From NCBI GenBank assembly GCA_002189035.1, contig NEEC01000019.1, positions 868,001 to 932,000 of the forward strand: a DNA stretch of 64,000 nt. The letters are read 5' to 3'. The notes beneath the pieces are model-generated. The model did no database searches and was not told the DNA's origin. It worked only from the letters and a program-made list of their open reading frames with translations. Below, in pieces: positions 50,594 through 61,949 of this stretch (the first letter of the stretch is position 1; each line of letters opens with the position of its first letter). The stretch comes from Utricularia gibba. Its lineage: Eukaryota; Plantae; Magnoliophyta. A program made the position numbers and the translations under genes.

Positions 50594-51468
50594 TGCCGGC
50601 GAATCCGATGGCAAAAACAGAAAACCACTGGAACAGTAAATCCCGAGTATAATTGTGAACAATTCAAAATCAGAACCTCAGAACTTTCCGGCAAGTCAAA
50701 GTTATCGCCGCGGAGGAATCGGGGCAAAACCTTCCAAAGAAAAGAAGCTATACCCCCAGGAAGAAATTGCCATTTATACCGAAATCAATACAGATATTTC
50801 TATACATATATTAATATTAATGTAATATCTTAAGATATTAAAATAAGATATCAATTATTCAATTTAATAATGACAATTAAAAGAGAATAATATAATAACA
50901 TAAAATATAATAAAAATACAAAAATTAGACAGAAAGAATATTAAATAAAATTTAATATATGTATATATATTGTTTTATTTAATTCGAAAACCCGAGTGTC
51001 GGACACGGGGTTACATTACGAAAGATGGACTGATTGGATTGAATAAGGATCGGTAATTAGGAGGAAGAATGCGAGGAGGACGTTCTCATCATGTGTCCTT
51101 TTAACCAGCCTTGAGTTATATTACAAAATTAATCACTCTATTTTGAATGTGTGAGAAAATTGATCTGATGTCCATTTTCTGAATGACCGAAATCAGGGAT
51201 TTCTGGTAAACTTACTGTGAGAAGAAGCTCGGTTTTTGAATTGGGAGGGAGGAAGTTGAGGAGAGGAAGGAAGCATCAAACGTGAAGTCTGTACCCCATC
51301 AGACTTCAACCTGAGCATCTTGAAAGAAGAAGGTTCATGCATACACGAAGATAAGGGTGATACAGTAGCAGCAACATCGCACCCATGTCGACAAATCTCG
51401 TCTGCTGGAAGATGAACAGAGCAGACGGATGAAATGAGAGACGGTTGCTGCTGAACTTGATCTTCGTC

Positions 51469-52145
51469 TCATGACAGTGGTGGTAGATTCTTCCCTGGTT
51501 CTGGTAAGGCTTTGGGATTGTTGGTCCATTGGAGCCTCCTTGAGAACCAGCTGCTGTCGCGGTTGCTTGGAAGGGTAACTGGATCATTCCTCCGAAGCAT
51601 TTCCCACATGGTCTGCACATCCTCATACCCACAGGTTTGCACATCATTGTGCAGCTTCACAAGGCCGCCTACTAAGAAAACAAGCCGACAGTGAGCGGTT
51701 ATAGTAATTACAGAACTGGGAAATGGCATCGGATTCCTGTGGCAAACACAAGGATTCCCTATTCTTCCACTCGGGTATAAACTTTAAGAACCATCAAGAG
51801 CTACTGGATGAGCGAATACATATTCCTCCTGATATAATATTCCCTTTAGAAAATGCAGTGCTACAGAAATGGAACAGTAACTACAGCTTAACTCCAAAGA
51901 GAGAAGAACGATGTAAATCCATGGCAACCAAATCAACACCAGAAGGGATTGATTATTCACAGGGACGATCAGGAAGAAAAAAACACGTCTTTATGCTAAA
52001 CAAAGTCTCCATCCCATACAAATCTGGATTACCCACATCAGAAGAAGAAAAAAAAAAGCTAACCATTTCTCCGAGGCTTGAAACGAGAGGAAACAGAGCA
52101 CCAAACTCTTCTAACAGGGAAAGCCAACTTGCTCCACCACTCCAT
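51469..52145 (-). CDS. Small conserved uncharacterised plant protein, 2 exons: 52145-52064, 51668-51469
   Basis: MEWWSKLAFPVRRVWCSVSSRFKPRRNG|GLVKLHNDVQTCGYEDVQTMWEML matches a known plant family motif. GT-AG sites join the exons in frame. Confidence 0.82.
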
Positions 52146-52719
52146 CACCACACTCCTCACGTTACACCGCCTGTTTCTCCCGCCGAGTCGGCCGAGAACC
52201 AACCGAATCCCGGCCAGCGCTGCGCCTTTGTATACAATCCGACAAAAAATAAAGCACTCCCCAATCCCCACCTCGTGTCTGAAACTGAATTATATATTGC
52301 AAGAAAAAGCCTTGGTAACCGTTGAGAGCGGCAGGATTAAGTGGCACGTGTCGCCTTTTTGCGAATTTAAAATCTTGAGTGGACTTTCCTTCTTTTTCTT
52401 GTGATTTAATTTTGGACCATTTATTTGAAATTCAAATTACCACAAACCCCCTTTTCCGTCCTCCGGCCTCCACCACTTTCTATTGAATTTAATCTTTTTA
52501 CCCACACCGACTTCCGACTTTTCAGTTTTATTACAAAAATAAAGAAAAAAATCCGTGAAATTTCGGGTTTATTAATAATTATGTTATTTTATTAAAATTT
52601 TACTCTCATAATATCTTTTTTATTCAATCTAGTTTTAATTCTTTTTTCTATATACTTTAAATACATATTCATAACACTTAACCATCAAATTTATAAAAAG
52701 AAAAGCAATACAATTCGTG

Positions 52720-53000
52720 TGAAAACAAAATTTTTGAAGTGATTATATTTAATTTTAACCATTGCATAATAAAATCAAAAATTCATATAATGTGATGAAT
52801 TTAAAAAATTATTAAATTTTTTGAATTTATGTTTTAATAATTAATAATAAATTCATTAAAATATTTTAATATTATTTTTATATATTTTAAAAATAAAATT
52901 TATGTCATAATATTAAATTATATAATAATTTAATACAATAAATTTTATAATAGATAATTTATTTTATTCCAGTTTATAATATTATATTATATTATACTAT
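52720..53000 (-). repeat. Dispersed AT-rich repeat family A, inverted copy (duplicated again at about 56950-57200)
   Basis: The reverse complement of TTTATGTCATAATATTAAATTATATAATAATTTAATACAATAAATTTTATAATAG matches the core of copies 2 and 3. Confidence 0.55.
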
Positions 53001-53715
53001 ATAACATTTTTATAATTTTAAACTGATTTCATTCAAAAATCAATTATATTCTATGTAATATGAATTGCAGATTCAAAATATAGAACCACTTTAATATATG
53101 TTTATCTGAATAAAATAATTTAAATATATCATTTATTAAACAATATCAAATCAATCTATTGTGTGGTATATAATATTTCTTTTGTTAAATTTTGATTTCT
53201 ATTGTTAAATAAATAATTATTTATTTATTCATTTATTTATATTTATGTAAATTGGGTTTTCGTTTGGCACGTGCTGGGGGTCACTAATCCACTTGGACGT
53301 TGAGACTTCAATTCAATCAGTAGCTTTTTGTGTGGGGAAACTTAAGAGTGAAGAAGCTAACGTCAACATAATTTGTATTATATTTTTTAAAAAAATAAGA
53401 ATAAATTAATTACAATACAAAAATGTGGATTTAGATATGAATGGAATATTCGGAAAAGGAGATGAGTGGAGGACATTCCTCAGCATCGAATATTCCAAAC
53501 TGTGCGTTACGTGTCCCATTCCTTCACGACTCGCTTTTAGTTTTTACCGTTCCTTTGCTAAAAAAAGGTGGGAAATATAATATCTTAAAATTATAGGTTT
53601 AATTTGAATTAAAGTAAATTAAATGATTAATTTGTCAATGAAAAAAAAAATCATCGTGGATTTGCAATTAATCATTCTTCCGCAATCATCTCTGCTAATC
53701 CTGTGTGATTAGTGC

Positions 53716-55693
53716 TTAATTAGCCGCAACGCTGGAAACGGGAGGCGTCTTGTAGGTGTACCATTTGGACAAGCCCAGAAACACGAGAAGATTCAGCAAG
53801 CTCAGCGCCGCCAGCGAATAGTAGTAGTAATCAAGGCGTCCCTGGTTCAAATCATCTCGGATCCATCCGGCATCCCCGCCCCGACCCGTCACACGCGTGA
53901 CGACGGTGACTATGAAGGTGCACAGGAAGTTCCCCATGGCCAGAGTTGTGAACCCGAGAGCCGAGCTTATGCTCCGCATCGAGTCTGGGGCCTGCTCGTA
54001 GAAGAACTCCAGCTGCCCGACCAGCACGAAGACCTCTGCGCACCCGAGTATGAAGTATTGGGGCACTTGCCAGAAGATGGATATGGGAGTTTTCTCCAAA
54101 TTATAGTAGTTGTGTTTTTTGACGTACTGCAGCCTGATGAACTCGAGCACGCCGGCGTAGACTACGGGGATGATGGAGATGAAGAGGCCGGCGCCCATCC
54201 GTTGGAGCTGCGTGAGGCCGTTTTTGTGGCCGGTGAGCCTGCTGGTCACAGGGACGACGATTGCGTCGTAGATGGGAGTGCAGATTATGACGCCCAGTGT
54301 GTTGAAGAAGGACAGGGAGGCTGCCGGGATTTGGAATTTCGTGTTTCCAATGCGCGCGTCCATGGCGAGACCTTGAAGCACGAAGAAGTTGTCGATTTGG
54401 CAGTAGACGCAGGCGAAGGTGATCCCCGTCGCCCAGATGGGAACCAAGCGTATCATGGCTTTCAGCTCCTCCACTTGAGTCACCGTACACAGCCGCCATG
54501 GATTACTGCGTGTCGCTCCTAGTTTTTCTTCTTCAAGCACCACAGCTGCCTTGTCGAAGAATCTGCAGGCGAGAAACAAAACAGAGCATCCCAGATCCAT
54601 AAATATTACAGAAAATTATGAGGACTCTGCATCTTCAGATAAGAAAAACAGACATACGAAAGGTCTTTGGTATGTGGAAGAAGCCTCCTGTTGCTTCCTT
54701 CGACATCAAGCGTTTCATGCAGTAAGCTGACATCTTCAGGAACTGGAACCCTGTACTTCCTCAATGACGCTACCAGCACCATACTAACTTGAGTCATGGA
54801 CTTCCATTCGGCTTCTGATATCGATAATATCGAGTTCCCAACACAAAAGGAGCAACCACAAGAATCATGAGAATGGCGGGTATCCCGAACCCCCATTGCC
54901 AATTAACATTCGTCTGCACCCAAACCAGAACTGTGCAAGCGACCATGGTGCCCACGTTTATCGAGAAGTATATCCAGTTAAAGAACGAGCTTCGACTCTC
55001 CATCTCGGCTCCATCGTTCTCGTCGAACTGGTCCGCCCCGAAGGACGCGATGCACGGATTGAGTCCGCCTTGTCCGAGCGCGATCACGTAAAGCGCAACG
55101 TAGAAAAACGTGGTCTGCATCCCGGTAGCACGGCAAAAGCCCGTCTCGGCTTCGCAGTCCGTCGGTTTGAGCCCCGGAATCGAGACGGACAGCACGAGTA
55201 ATACCATCCCCTGAACCAGAGCACGAAACTCATTACCAGACGGATGAATCGGATGCCCCCATGAATCAGCCAACTTACAAGGGCGTCGATGATCATAAAC
55301 ACGACTATGCTCCAGTATCTCCCGATGTATTCATCGGCCACGAACGCGCCGATCAGAGGAGTTATGTAACAGGTGCCGGTCCAATTTGTGACGCTTGTAG
55401 AAGCTCTGAAACTGCTCTGCCCGATCTTGTTCTTGAAGTAGACTACCAAATTACGGCCGATGCCGTCGAAGATCATTGCCTCGAAGAATGCATGCACTGA
55501 GTGAAAAAAAGAGAAAAACCCGAATTACAGAACAGTGAAAAACACAACACAGTTTCTTACTTTTCGGTCAACCACAAGCTGTTTTACCCAGAATGAAGGT
55601 GCAAGCCTTCGACGTCCCCGTTAAGCGCCTCTTCGCCGGGTTCCCCTGGAAATCCAATGTTCCATCTTTCGTATACAAATCCTCCTCAGACAT
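53716..55693 (-). CDS. NRT1/PTR family (NPF8/PTR-like) transporter, copy 1, 4 exons; apparent -1 frameshift at GG 54798-54799
   Basis: Starts MSEEDLYTKDGT. Contains GAFVADEYIGRY, FGADQFDE, FFNWIYFSINVG, WVQTNVNWQWGFGIP, NPWRLCTVTQVEELK and GQLEFFYEQAPDSMRS. The frame stops at KPNGSP where copy 2 reads KPNGSPMTQ. Confidence 0.85.
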
Positions 55694-56154
55694 GGCGCCG
55701 GCGACTCACCAACCGGAGATGTAATAACACTAGAAATACTGCAATAAGCTGCACGAGCGGGCGCACTATATAGACAGATATTTTAAAAAGTGAAATGCAT
55801 TTAAACCACAAATTTCCATATGGATAATGAGTTTTATTTCTTTTCTATCGCAATATGAAGGAATCTGGCGTACCCATGTGATACCTCCAAATTAATGAAC
55901 TCAATGGGTAGGTTGTAGGGCCTACTACGAAGGTGGATGATTCACAATTCTATTATACCGAGACCAGAATAAATCACGACATACTACCATTTAATATAGT
56001 GTGTGTGATAAATTTGGTCATCTATAACGTATTTTTTTATTTAAATGTATGTTTTCAACCTACCTATATGGTCCTGTGTTGGTTGAGTGCTGGCGTGTAA
56101 TATGGATATAAATTATTTCGGTATTCTCAAAACTATATTCAAAGGTTTTGTGTA

Positions 56155-56428
56155 GAAATGTGTTTGGTTCGTGGGTTAAAATTATTTAAGTTTATTATTA
56201 CATATGTTTCATATATTGATTTAAAAAAAAAGGTATTTAATATATTTAAGATGGACATACTTACACTCTCCCTCATGTTGGTTTATATAAATCTGTATCT
56301 ATGGGTTAATGATATATTTATTTAAACCTGTTGGATAAATTTATACTCAATAATAACATATATATCAAACATTGGTAAAAACTAAACATATGTATAAACT
56401 TGACTAAACCCACAAACCAAATGAGACC
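56155..56428. mobile_element. Degenerate Tourist-like MITE
   Basis: Inverted termini TGTTTGGTTCGTGGGTT (56161-56177) and AACCCACAAACCAAATG (56407-56423), an AT-rich non-coding interior, and TA outside both ends. It lies in a segment absent from the second duplication unit. Confidence 0.5.
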
Positions 56429-57986
56429 TACAGATTGAACAACGTGAACCATAATGAAAACACGCAAAATATGTAGATGAGCATCAAATGCAGCCACTGA
56501 TGACTTATATTCTTATTTTATTAGTTATTAATTATGAGTTATTTGTATAAATAGGACATAATAGATTTCCTTTATGTGTAAATACGAACCATCTTTCCAC
56601 TTTTATTGAACAATGATTTCCTTTAATGATTGCACATCAAACCTCCTTCAATAATTGCATAAACTAATATCCAGAAAAAAAAAACGAGTTGGATGACATA
56701 TAAAATTTAATAATAACTTCTTCCACTGTGTGACTCTTCAGTTTTATTACAAAAATGAAAAAAAAATCCATGAAATTTTGGATTTATTAATGACTATGTT
56801 ATTTTATTAAAAATTTACTCTCATAACAGTTTTTATTCAATATAATTTTAATTCTTTATATTCATAAAACTTACCTATCAAATTCACAAAAACAAATATT
56901 AATACAATTGGTATGTTATGTAAATATACTTTTTGAATTGTTTTTATTTAATTTTTAAAGATTATAATTTTTAATTCTTTGATATCAAAATTAAAAATTC
57001 AAATTATATGATTAATTTCACAAATTATTGAAATTCTGATTAAATAAAAATTAATTAATAATTATAATATTTATGTTCTATTTACGTTAAAATATATTTA
57101 TATCATAAATTTAAATTATATAATATTTTAATATAATAAACTTTAACATATATAAATATTGTATTAAATTTTATAATAAAATTTGATACTATTTTATAAA
57201 ATAATTTTATAATATTAAAATGATTATATTCATATAATTTAAACTCGATTTTATTCTATATAATTAGAATAAATTCTAAAACAGCTTAAATATATCATTA
57301 TCTAAATGAAATAATTCAGATATATCATTGATTAAATAATTTCAAATGCATCTATTGTTTCTTATTTACTATTTCTTTTTTCAATTATGATGTATATGTT
57401 TATTTATATTTGTAGATATTGGGGTTTTTGTTTGGCACATGCTGCGGGTCACTAATCCACTTGGACGCGGAGACTTCAATTCGCTTTTGTGTGGGGAAAA
57501 CTTAGGAGTGAAGAAGCTAACGCCAACATAATTTGATATTTTTTTTAAAAAAAAATTAATTAATTAAAATAAAAAATGTGGATTTAGCTATGAGATATTC
57601 GGGAAAGGAGATGAGTGGTGGACATTCCTCAGCATCGAATATTCCAACCTCTGCGTTACGTGTCCCATTTCCTTGAGACTCGCTTTTAGTTTCTACCCCT
57701 CCTTTGCTAAAAAGGTGGGAAATGTAATATCTTAAAATTATAGGTTTAATTTGAAATTAAATTTAAATTCATAATTAAATCTAAAAATATTTTTATTTGT
57801 GTTAAATATTTTTAAATAGAATTAAAATTATTGAGATTAATTATATTTATTATGAAAAATTGTTTCAAATTCATGATTAAATTATTATATATTGTCGGAA
57901 ATAAAGAAATTCATATTAATTATTTTTTTGATTTTTAATTAATAATAATTCGGTAATCATCTCTTCTAATCCTTTGTGATTAGTGC

Positions 57987-60123
57987 TTAATTAGGTGCAA
58001 CGCTGGAGGCGGGAGGCGTCTTGTAGGTGTACCATTTGGAAAAGCCCAGAAACACGACGAGATTCAGGAAGCTCAGCGCCGCCAGCGAATAGTAGTAGTA
58101 ATCAAGGCGTCCCTGGTTCAAATCATCCCGGATCCATCCGGCATCCCCGCCCCGACCCGTCACACGCGTGACGATGGTGACTATGAAGGTGCACAGGAAG
58201 TTCCCCATGGCCAGAGTGGTGAGCCCGAGAGCCGAGCATATGCTCCGCATCGAGTCGGGGGCCTGCTCGTAGAAGAACTCCAGCTGCCCGACCAGCACGA
58301 AGACCTCTGCGCACCCGAGTATGAAGTATTGGGGCACTTGCCAGAAGATGGATATGGGAGTTTTCTCCGAGTTATAGTAGTTGTGTTTTTTGACGAACTG
58401 CAGCCTGATGAACTCGAGGACTCCGGCGTAGACTACGGGGATGATGGAGATGAAGAGGCCGGCGCCCATCCGTTGGAGCTGCGTGAGGCCGTTCTTGTGG
58501 CCGGTGAGCCTGCTGGTTACAGGGACGACGATTGCGTCGTAGATGGGAGTGCAGATTATGACGCCCAGTGTGTTGAAGAAAGACAGGGAGGCCGCCGGGA
58601 TCTCGAATTTCGTGTTTCCAATGCGCGCGTCCATGGCGAGACCTTGAAGCACGAAGAAGTTGTCGATTTGGCAGTAGACGCAAGCGAAGGTGATCCCCGT
58701 CGCCCAGATGGGAACCAAGCGTATCATGGCTTTCAGCTCCTCCACTTGAGTCACTGTACACAGCCGCCATGGATTACTTCCTGTTTCTCCTGGTTTTTCT
58801 TCTTCAAGCACCACAGCGGCCTTGTCGAAGAATCTACAGGCGAGAGCATCGCAGAACTATAAGTATTGCAGAAAATTATGAGGACTTCAGATGTGAAAAA
58901 AAACATACGAAAGGTCTTTGGTATGTGGAAGAAGCCTCCTGTTGCTTCCTTCGACATCAAGCGTTTCATGCAGTAAGCTGACATCTTCAGGAACTGGAAC
59001 CCTGTACTTCCTCAATGACGCTACCAGCACCATACTAACTTGAGTCATGGGACTTCCATTCGGCTTCTGATATCGATAATATCGAGTTCCCAACACAAAA
59101 GGAGCAACCACAAGCATCATGAGAATGGCAGGGATCCCGAACCCCCATTGCCAATTAACATTCGTCTGCACCCAAACCAGAACTGTGCAAGCGACCATGG
59201 TGCCAACGTTCATGGAGAAGTACATCCAGTTAAAGAACGAGCTTCGACTCTTCTTCTCGGCTCCATCGTTCTCGTCGAACTGGTCCGCCCCGAAGGACGC
59301 GATGCACGGACGGTGTCCGCCTTGTCCGAGCGCGATCACGTAGAGTGCAACGTAGTAAAACGTTGTCTGCATCCCGGTAGCACGGCACAAGCCCGTCTCG
59401 GCTTCGCAGTCCGTCGGTTTAAGCCCCGGAATCGAGGCGGACAGCGCGAGTAATACCATCCCCTGAACCAGAGCACGAAACTCAGTACCAGATGGATGAA
59501 TCGGATGCCCCCATGAATCAGCCAACTTACAACGGCGCAGACGATCAGAGACACGATTATGCTCCAGTATCTCCCCATGTATTCATCGGCCACGAACGCG
59601 CCGATCAGAGGAGTAATGTAACAGGTGCCGGTCCAATTTGTGACGCTTGTAGAAGCTCTGAAACTGCTCTGCCCGATCTTGTTCTTGAAGTAGACTACCA
59701 AATTACGGTTGATGCCGTCGAAGACCATCTCATCGAAGCATGCATGCACTGAATGAAAAAGACAAAACTCAGAATTAGAGAAACAGTGAAAATTATGTTA
59801 AAATATATAATCTCATATAAAAAAATGAAATTAAAATAGTTTAGTATATAAGAATATACAAATAACAAGTAATCGAATCTAATCTTTTATATTGTGATTC
59901 ATATTTATTATGTACTTAAGCTTCACATTTGCACTTGCCACACCCATCCGATACTGAATTTCAACAGCACAGTTTCTTACTTCTCGGCTAACCACATGCA
60001 GCATGAAGCTGTTCTACCTAAAATGAAGGTGCAAGCCTTCCACGTCCCCGTTAACCGCCTCTTTGCTGGGTTGCCCTGGAAATCCAATGTTCCATCCTTC
60101 GTATACAAATCATTCTCAGACAT
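57987..60123 (-). CDS. NRT1/PTR family (NPF8/PTR-like) transporter, copy 2, 4 exons, intact frame
   Basis: Starts MSENDLYTKDGTLDFQGNPAKRRLTGTWKACTFIL. Has the same motifs as copy 1. The exons join in frame. Confidence 0.92.
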
Positions 60124-61949
60124 GGCGCCGGCGACTCACAAACCGGAGATGTAATAACACTAAAAAAACTGCAAGAAACTGCACGAACAGCGCACTACAT
60201 ATAGATAGATATTTAAAAAAATGAAATGCATTTAAACCACAAATTTCCATATGAGTATTGAGTTTTATTTCTTTTCTGTTTTCTAATTAAAGTCGCAATA
60301 TGAAGGAATCTGGCTTACCCATGTGACACCTCCAAATTAATGAAATCAATGGGTAGGTTGTTCGGCCTACTTCGAAGGTCGAAGATTCACTAGTCTCTTA
60401 TACCGACACTAAAATAAATCATGACATTTACCCTAATTCATCTAGAAATCTGACCATTTAATATAATATGAGTGATAAATTTGGTCATCTATAATGTATT
60501 TTTTTGTCCAAATATATATATTTTTTGTCTAAACCCTTGGTTAATCATGTGGATGAACATAGTTAATCAATATCTGATAAAAAAACGAGTCGGGTGACAT
60601 ATAAAATTATCAATCATTCTTATTATTTGTTTTATTTGCCTTTGATGTCATTTTTAATCATTTTTTATTATGTTTATTTTATTTTCATTAATTTTAATAA
60701 AAAAATCAATTCATATTATATTTTTTAACAAACGTATGAATGGATCCGGTGAACCGATTCATCTGGAATCGTCACAAAAACGATCCTGGTTATACATCAG
60801 AATTGAAAAGGTAGTTGTACGGTTGGCTAGATTTGTAAATGATTCGATATGTATGATGAATAAGAAATGATTATAGATTATGAAATCATGATCTAAAAAA
60901 AAATATAATAATTAATCTGGAAAACGAAACCCTCCACCACAAGCTAAATTGGAGAAAAAAGATTAAAAAAAGAACTATTTTTTTTTATTTTAGCATAATT
61001 AATTGCAGAATATACAATTTCTATTAAATAATCAATTCTGTCATTTTTTATTCCGCCAATAAGATACCCTTGTGAAAATAGCTTTTATTCTCTTCAAGGA
61101 AAATACATTTTTACCCCTATGTGGCGATTTATTTCAATGTTATTTTAAATTAAAAATTTGCACGCAAAAATTCATCCAGCCACTCAAATTTTTTATTATC
61201 ACGTATTTTTATATTATTAAAATATTAATTTCCGCGGAGCGTGTCTTTTGAATATATTTATTTTTATTAAAATAATTCAACGGTATTAAATGACGTCGTT
61301 GTGTATTTTAGGGTGACGTCGTCGCTATTTTTAGAAGATGTCATTCTTTTTATAGTAACGTAATTCAAAATAAGGGGAAGAGTAATGGTTGACCGCCGAC
61401 TTCTAAATCAGTAATTTGTTGAGGCATTAATTAAATCTTAGAAAATCAATATTAAAATTTACATTTAATTCATGATTTTGGATTAATTTGATTTAATCCA
61501 TTATAAAAATATTACGAAAATATTAATAATTATTTAAGTTTAATATTTATAAACTTGAGCATTTTTTTATAAAAATTATTGAGTTGATTTCAAAAAATCA
61601 TATGAATTCGGATTAATCGAATCGAATTTCATATTTTAAATTATTAATCGGAAAGTAGAAAATTTTTCTTAAAATAATAATATAATGTCAAATAATTTTG
61701 CTAAAAGATTGTTTTAAAATCAATTATTTATATTGGGAATAAATAAACATTTTTTATTTTGGAATTGTTAATTTGTTTTTGTAGGTATAGTTCATGGTCA
61801 TACCTTCGGCCCAGAATGAATAAGAAAGCTCATTAAGTGCAGTTCAGTAAGCCCAGAATTTACCAGGAGGCCCATAATATGCTAGGGCCCATTTATCTAA
61901 GCCACTCGGAAAGCCGAAATCGAACCTTGGGGTGTTTGAAGTTCCGGTG

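Larger units (their letters stand above)
52500..60610. repeat. Head-to-tail tandem duplication, units about 52500-56710 and 56720-60610, each containing one NPF gene and its flanks
   Basis: Non-coding anchors are shared: TTCAGTTTTATTACAAAAAT (near 52520 and 56740), GGTCACTAATCCACTTGGACG (near 53280 and 57450), promoter blocks (55700-56030 vs 60130-60500) and AAAAAACGAGT.GG.TGACATATAAAATT (near 56680 and 60585). Confidence 0.9.

Noticed and set aside
7651-54799. Programmed ribosomal frameshifting or polymerase slippage as a shared regulatory system for the four frameshifted genes
   Set aside because: There is no slippery heptamer or common downstream structure, the genes lie on both strands, and G5 runs are intact elsewhere (for example 39481-39485). 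A consensus error is far simpler.
53852-59752. Alternative-frame and antisense ORFs duplicated over both NPF genes
   Set aside because: By-products of GC-rich codon usage. They recur only because the locus is duplicated.
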